From: an uncultured virus (IMG/VR IMGVR_UViG_3300021579_000006)
Taxonomy: Duplodnaviria; Heunggongvirae; Uroviricota; Caudoviricetes
Length of the DNA stretch: 64,000 nucleotides
IMG/VR virus record: IMGVR_UViG_3300021579_000006
Reading direction: 5' to 3' (one strand)
Shown here piece by piece: positions 59,611 to 64,000 of the stretch (positions are counted from its first letter, which is position 1; every line of letters starts with the position of its first letter). The translations under genes and the position numbers were made by a program. The notes under the pieces are model-generated. The model was not told where the DNA came from, searched no databases, and saw only the letters and a program-made list of their open reading frames with translations.

Positions 59611-60405
59611 GTGCCTATACACGCTGATACTAGTCCAAACATTAAATGGAAGCTTCCAGAAGGCAAGCCAGCTTTTTATCTAGAAAATGTATTTACTAAA
59701 GATATTTTGAATAAGGTAAAAACAACTATTGATGAACAAGCAAACTGGGGACCAGGTTCAGAAAATAAACCTAATGCAACTCCGTATCACAACATCCTCG
59801 GTAGATGGCATACAGAGGTAGACTTTCCACCAGAGGTCTGGGAGTACCTAGAGAATCTAGGAAAAGAACAATGGGGATTACCAGAACTTAGACTAAAAAT
59901 AGTTTGGGTAGCCAGATACCAGCAATATAAGGGAATAACCCCATACATCTGGGAGCACATGGATCAACCAGCTACTCAATACACAGCGGATATTTGCGTG
60001 GAATCACATCGAGTTCCGAGCTGGGGGCTCTCAATTGATGGTGAGCGTTTCGAGGAGCAAAATAATAGCGGAATCTTTTTTATGGGCCAACAGCAGGTAC
60101 ATACTCGGCCTAGATATCCAGTAGACGATGAAGAAGCTTACGTAACAGTTCTTTTTGCTAATTATGCAACTAAAGACCACTGGATTTATGACATTGATTG
60201 CTACTCCGAAGAAGGAAATATCCAGTACGCAGAGGCTATGAAGAAGTATAAGCTCGATGGTGACATAAGATATTACGAGCATTCCGGGCATGGGCCATAC
60301 TTTAACGACTTACCGGAAGGTAATAAGGAATGTCCTGGATGTCAGCAATGCACTGTTGTAGGTATAGACTTTATTAAGAATGTTGAAGGATATATACCTC
60401 TATGA
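59611..60405 (+). CDS. 2OG-Fe(II) oxygenase-like protein
   Basis: EHMD...QYTAD...W.LSIDG...FMGQQQVHTR; same subfamily as 39556 and 40437. Confidence 0.7.
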   Translation: MPIHADTSPNIKWKLPEGKPAFYLENVFTKDILNKVKTTIDEQANWGPGSENKPNATPYHNILGRWHTEVDFPPEVWEYLENLGKEQWGLPELRLKIVWVARYQQYKGITPYIWEHMDQPATQYTADICVESHRVPSWGLSIDGERFEEQNNSGIFFMGQQQVHTRPRYPVDDEEAYVTVLFANYATKDHWIYDIDCYSEEGNIQYAEAMKKYKLDGDIRYYEHSGHGPYFNDLPEGNKECPGCQQCTVVGIDFIKNVEGYIPL

Positions 60406-61400
60406 CAAAAATACTTGTCTCAATGATCGCCTATCGCGAGCGTCAACTAGCTGAGTCAGTTAGAGATTGCTATGAGAAGGCAGCTAAGCCAGGGAATCTA
60501 ATATTCTCGATTGTATCGGAGCAAAGTAAGCCAGAGCTTCATGCAGACCTAAGTTTCATCCCTGAGGGTCAGCTAGTCTATAGAAAATACGATCTCTCAA
60601 AATATAGAGGGGTACTTTGGTCTAGGGATAAGACAACAGAAGTATCTGAAGAATATGACTATATTCTCTATACCTGCGGGCACAACTTATTTGCCGAAGG
60701 CTGGGACACTATAGTTCTAGAGGAATACGAAAAAGCAAAAGAAATAAATCCTAAAGCGCTACTCACGGTCTCTGGGCCAGAGTACGAGATGAATTCAGAC
60801 TGGAGCATTAGCTATACTTCTAGAGCAGGACGAGTAAAAAATAGCTATAGACCATTCATAACTGAAGGATATATTCCAGGCCATAGTTTCCCGGGAACTC
60901 AGCTAGTTCCGGAGGATAGTTCGGTTCATGAAGACTACTACCTACAGCTCAGCTGGGTATTTGCACCTAAAGAGTTTGTAGATGAAGTCCCGCTAGACCC
61001 GGATATGTGTTATCACGGTGAAGAGATTTATGTAACCATCCAAGCATGGTGCCGCGGGTGGCGTTTCTATTCAACACCAAGAATCCTTTATTACCACAAT
61101 ACATACAAAGAGTACCCAGACGAGATCCACTCTAGAATGACTACCCACCGCCCGTGGTCAGATATGAATAAAGATGCTTTCTGGAAACAATCAGATGATT
61201 CAATGTTGAAACTAAATCTATTACTATCAGGGAGACTTACAGGCATATATGGAGACATCCCTAAAGAGTCCGTAGAAGAGTATTGCAAAATGTCAGGGAT
61301 GGATCATAGAATTTGCGAATATAATCCAAACTATAACAACTTAGGTATACCTAGACACGCAGAAGATTTTAGACTTTTAGAGCCAATTATTTTAGAATAA
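60402..61400 (+). CDS. GT60-like glycosyltransferase (Skp1 hydroxyproline GlcNAc transferase/Gnt1-like)
   Basis: ILVSMIAYRE...KA.KP..L...I..Q, G..W.R, YIL..CGH..F..GWD, VPLDP and GEEI....AW..GW..Y.....YH follow the Gnt1/GlcNAc family pattern. Confidence 0.75.
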   Translation: MTKILVSMIAYRERQLAESVRDCYEKAAKPGNLIFSIVSEQSKPELHADLSFIPEGQLVYRKYDLSKYRGVLWSRDKTTEVSEEYDYILYTCGHNLFAEGWDTIVLEEYEKAKEINPKALLTVSGPEYEMNSDWSISYTSRAGRVKNSYRPFITEGYIPGHSFPGTQLVPEDSSVHEDYYLQLSWVFAPKEFVDEVPLDPDMCYHGEEIYVTIQAWCRGWRFYSTPRILYYHNTYKEYPDEIHSRMTTHRPWSDMNKDAFWKQSDDSMLKLNLLLSGRLTGIYGDIPKESVEEYCKMSGMDHRICEYNPNYNNLGIPRHAEDFRLLEPIILE

Positions 61401-61416
61401 GGTATAGACTGGATCT

Positions 61417-62151
61417 ATGAATGATTGGTTCACTAAAGATAGATCAGAGACCTCATCTAATAGAATGCCAGATCGACAGTATGGTAACGTTACCGTACTA
61501 AATCCAGCTCTAGGTATAAATATCTATAGAGGCGCCTATACACCAGAGCAATGCGCAAAGTTTATTCAAACCCTCGAAAATAAGCTAGATGGGTCAGGAC
61601 CCTACAAATGGCAGGGTGCCATGGTTACCAACTCAGCTGAGGCGGATGTTTCAGCTAGAAATGCCCTAGACTTTAAGTTTGGCTCGAAGGATTTAGGGCC
61701 TAGAACTCCTCAGAATGCCGAGCTTCTGGATATGCATGAAGAAATTTTTCAGAGCATGTATAGCTGCGTATCAGACTACGGGCGCTACTGGGGTGTAGGG
61801 ATGCAGTCATTCGAGGCATTTAATTTTGTAAAGTATCCCGGTAAGGGTACCCACTTTAAGATTCACGCTGACCATGGTCCAACCTATGTCAGTACTGTAT
61901 CTATCGTTATCTATTTGAATGATGACTATGAAGGCGGAGAGATTTATTTCCCTCGAATGGATGGCTTGAAGATTAAGCCTAAAGCAGGAGATATTGTAGT
62001 ATTCCCGTCTATCTTTATCTATGAGCATGCCTCTGAAGATATGATCGACGGAACCAAGTACGCTATAGTCATCATGAGCGACTACAATGATCGTGATAAT
62101 GTTAATCGTCGAGTACCACATGTAATTACGGAATATGAGTTGAAATACTAA
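61417..62151 (+). CDS. Prolyl-4-hydroxylase-like 2OG-Fe(II) oxygenase
   Basis: HAD...YLNDDYEGGEIYF...H...GTKY (Lys 2OG ligand). Confidence 0.85.
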   Translation: MNDWFTKDRSETSSNRMPDRQYGNVTVLNPALGINIYRGAYTPEQCAKFIQTLENKLDGSGPYKWQGAMVTNSAEADVSARNALDFKFGSKDLGPRTPQNAELLDMHEEIFQSMYSCVSDYGRYWGVGMQSFEAFNFVKYPGKGTHFKIHADHGPTYVSTVSIVIYLNDDYEGGEIYFPRMDGLKIKPKAGDIVVFPSIFIYEHASEDMIDGTKYAIVIMSDYNDRDNVNRRVPHVITEYELKY

Positions 62152-62909
62152 TGCAACCAGAGATAGTAAGTACCTCAGCGAAAATAGAAGAGCTAGGTAA
62201 GCAAGAGCAGAAGACAGTAGAAGAACGTCTAAAAGCTTGGTATAACATCGAAGAGAAAACCTGGACATCCTGCGAAGAGGTTGCCCCTGGGTCAGGAATT
62301 TGGGTATATCGAGATGTCCTACCAAAGGATATGAATATCATCGAGCGACTGGAAACAGTGCTAGCTGATCCAAGCAATAACTACTCATACGCCGAGGCTA
62401 TGGTTGGCTATGCCATGCGAATGCCAGAATACCGTGATTGCGTAGATTTTAAATACAAAAAGTCAGACATTATCAACGATAAGTCAGAAGCTGGACTAGC
62501 ACTACAAGAGTTGGCAGATGATGTCAACTATCGCCAACTCCAAGCTGTTAAGGACTATACCCGCCGATACAACGTAGGAGAGCTTCGATACTGGGAAGCA
62601 ACTAACTACGTTCGTTATGGAGAAGGTCAGCACTTCCAGGAGCACCACGACCACGGCTACTCATACAACTGCGTAGTATCTCTAGTTAGCTTTCCTAATG
62701 ATGACTATGAAGGTGGAGAATTGTTCTTCCGTCTACAGGGTGCAACCATTAAACCAAAGGCTGGAGAGACTTATATCTTCCCTTCAAACTTCATGTACCC
62801 GCATCGTGCAATGCCAGTAATCTCTGGTGTCAAATATTCGATGGTTACCATGCTTGACTTCTCAGAGAAGTTCCACAACCCTAAGTTCTACGAGGAGACT
62901 GGTAACTAG
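62151..62909 (+). CDS. Prolyl-4-hydroxylase-like 2OG-Fe(II) oxygenase
   Basis: RYGEGQHF.EHHD...NDDYEGGEL...H...GVKY. Confidence 0.85.
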   Translation: MQPEIVSTSAKIEELGKQEQKTVEERLKAWYNIEEKTWTSCEEVAPGSGIWVYRDVLPKDMNIIERLETVLADPSNNYSYAEAMVGYAMRMPEYRDCVDFKYKKSDIINDKSEAGLALQELADDVNYRQLQAVKDYTRRYNVGELRYWEATNYVRYGEGQHFQEHHDHGYSYNCVVSLVSFPNDDYEGGELFFRLQGATIKPKAGETYIFPSNFMYPHRAMPVISGVKYSMVTMLDFSEKFHNPKFYEETGN

Positions 62910-63643
62910 TGAAGACTATTACTGTAACCAAGGCTGGAAACAATGTAGCAAACATTGAACCATTAACCGCTAGACGAGACTGGATGGACGAGACTGCAGA
63001 TAAGCACGCATATATGTGCTTCCCTGTAAGTCTGACTAATAAACTAGGCTGGGGAATATCGTTCCCTAAGGATATTCGCTTCATCTGGGATGGAATTACC
63101 GATACTACTGACACCCACATCAAAGTCCTCGAGGGGGAAGAGTATGTATACACTGGCCGCGGAAATGCGACTATTAGCTTCAGATCAGGTTTAGTGTTTA
63201 AAACTGATCAGAACACTACCCTTCTATCGATGCCTGTTCCAAATCAGTTCATTCGTGGTGCTCAATGCTATACAACCCTGATTAGTACTTCATTCTATAT
63301 GCCAGAACTACCTCTGGGTTGGCGTCTAACGGAACCAAACATTGAAGTATTCATCCCGGCTGGAACTCCAGTTGCTGCAGTTCTCCCTATCTCTTTAGGA
63401 GCCTTAGAGGGCGACTATCAACTAGAGATTTCAGATAAATTCCTTGACCGTGCGTACTGGGAAGAAGTAACCAAGTACGGAGATGCTGCAGAAATCAAAA
63501 ATGGTGTCGGGGACTGGTCAAAAATGTATCGAGATGCTTTGAACTACAAGGGTGAAGTCGTCGGAAAACACGAAACTAAATCGATTAAATTGAAGACCAT
63601 TACATGCCCAGTGACAGGAGCCACGATTGAGCAACAAGATTAA
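62909..63643 (+). CDS. DUF6065-like protein
   Basis: RRDWMD....HAY.CFP...N..GW...PVPN...GTP. Confidence 0.7.
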   Translation: MKTITVTKAGNNVANIEPLTARRDWMDETADKHAYMCFPVSLTNKLGWGISFPKDIRFIWDGITDTTDTHIKVLEGEEYVYTGRGNATISFRSGLVFKTDQNTTLLSMPVPNQFIRGAQCYTTLISTSFYMPELPLGWRLTEPNIEVFIPAGTPVAAVLPISLGALEGDYQLEISDKFLDRAYWEEVTKYGDAAEIKNGVGDWSKMYRDALNYKGEVVGKHETKSIKLKTITCPVTGATIEQQD

Positions 63644-64000
63644 ATTTATTGCTAACCGCCCGTGGCTTAAAAAAGACAGTAAGTCAACACCTGAACCCAC
63701 ATCTAAAAACATTCCAGACTGGTATCGTAAAGCAGATCGGTTTGCCATCAATCCAATGACTAACGAGCCATGGGAGCACCCACAGCAAGGGAAGATCCCT
63801 ACATGGAAGGCGTGCCCAGCAATCATGGATGTAATGATGACTGGATATGTCTATAAAACACCATGTGACCTAGAGTTCTATCTAGATTCAAATAATCAAA
63901 TTGCAGTAAAAGTATTAGACCCTCAGAACCAAGATTTCTGCGGCCCCCGAGACCCACTACCTCAGTTTGTCCACCCCATGGGTTATCACGAGAAGCACTT
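63627..64000 (+). CDS. DUF6065-like protein, truncated by the window end
   Basis: TTG start after ACAGGAG; IPDWY...TWKACPAIMD....GY...TPCD; open to the window end. Confidence 0.7.
   Translation, partial: MSNKIKFIANRPWLKKDSKSTPEPTSKNIPDWYRKADRFAINPMTNEPWEHPQQGKIPTWKACPAIMDVMMTGYVYKTPCDLEFYLDSNNQIAVKVLDPQNQDFCGPRDPLPQFVHPMGYHEKH

Overview
A 64-kb segment of a large, apparently lytic tailed phage. The host is inferred to be an Actinobacterium from WhiB, ClgR-like, DUF3039-like, PIN-PhoH and nrdHIEF genes, an ALAA-ending tmRNA tag and many leaderless-type promoters. Layout: (1) 1-12.2 kb is an array of small minus-strand early-type transcription units. They share a 15-bp box helically phased to the -35 element, sigma-A-like promoters, a second spacer operator, GACAC boxes, a GGACA ribosome-binding motif and 3' hairpins whose loops are complementary to that motif. 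An AAA+/vWA pair lies here too. (2) 12.2-19.5 kb is a compositionally distinct block with a 2OG oxygenase, a Cys-less CHAP protein, a GT8 and a possible small terminase-like protein. (3) 19.5-20.1 kb is a non-coding divergence point. (4) 20-25 kb encodes a PA14 coiled-coil protein, a small membrane protein and an M23 endolysin. (5) 25-52.9 kb holds accessory and nucleotide-metabolism genes (Trx, AhpC, ThyX, dUTPase, dNMP kinase fusion, class Ib RNR, PhoH2), many 2OG-Fe(II) oxygenases, 10 tRNAs, a tmRNA and several unexplained structured intergenic segments. (6) 53-64 kb is a tail-fibre operon ending in an Fn3 protein with a 74-aa (PPFF)n tail, followed directly by prolyl-4-hydroxylase-like oxygenases and a GT60-like (hydroxyproline GlcNAc transferase-like) enzyme. 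This last cluster is the best candidate for an undescribed system: phage prolyl hydroxylation and O-glycosylation of a virion protein. All family calls come from motif recognition by eye; no searches were run.
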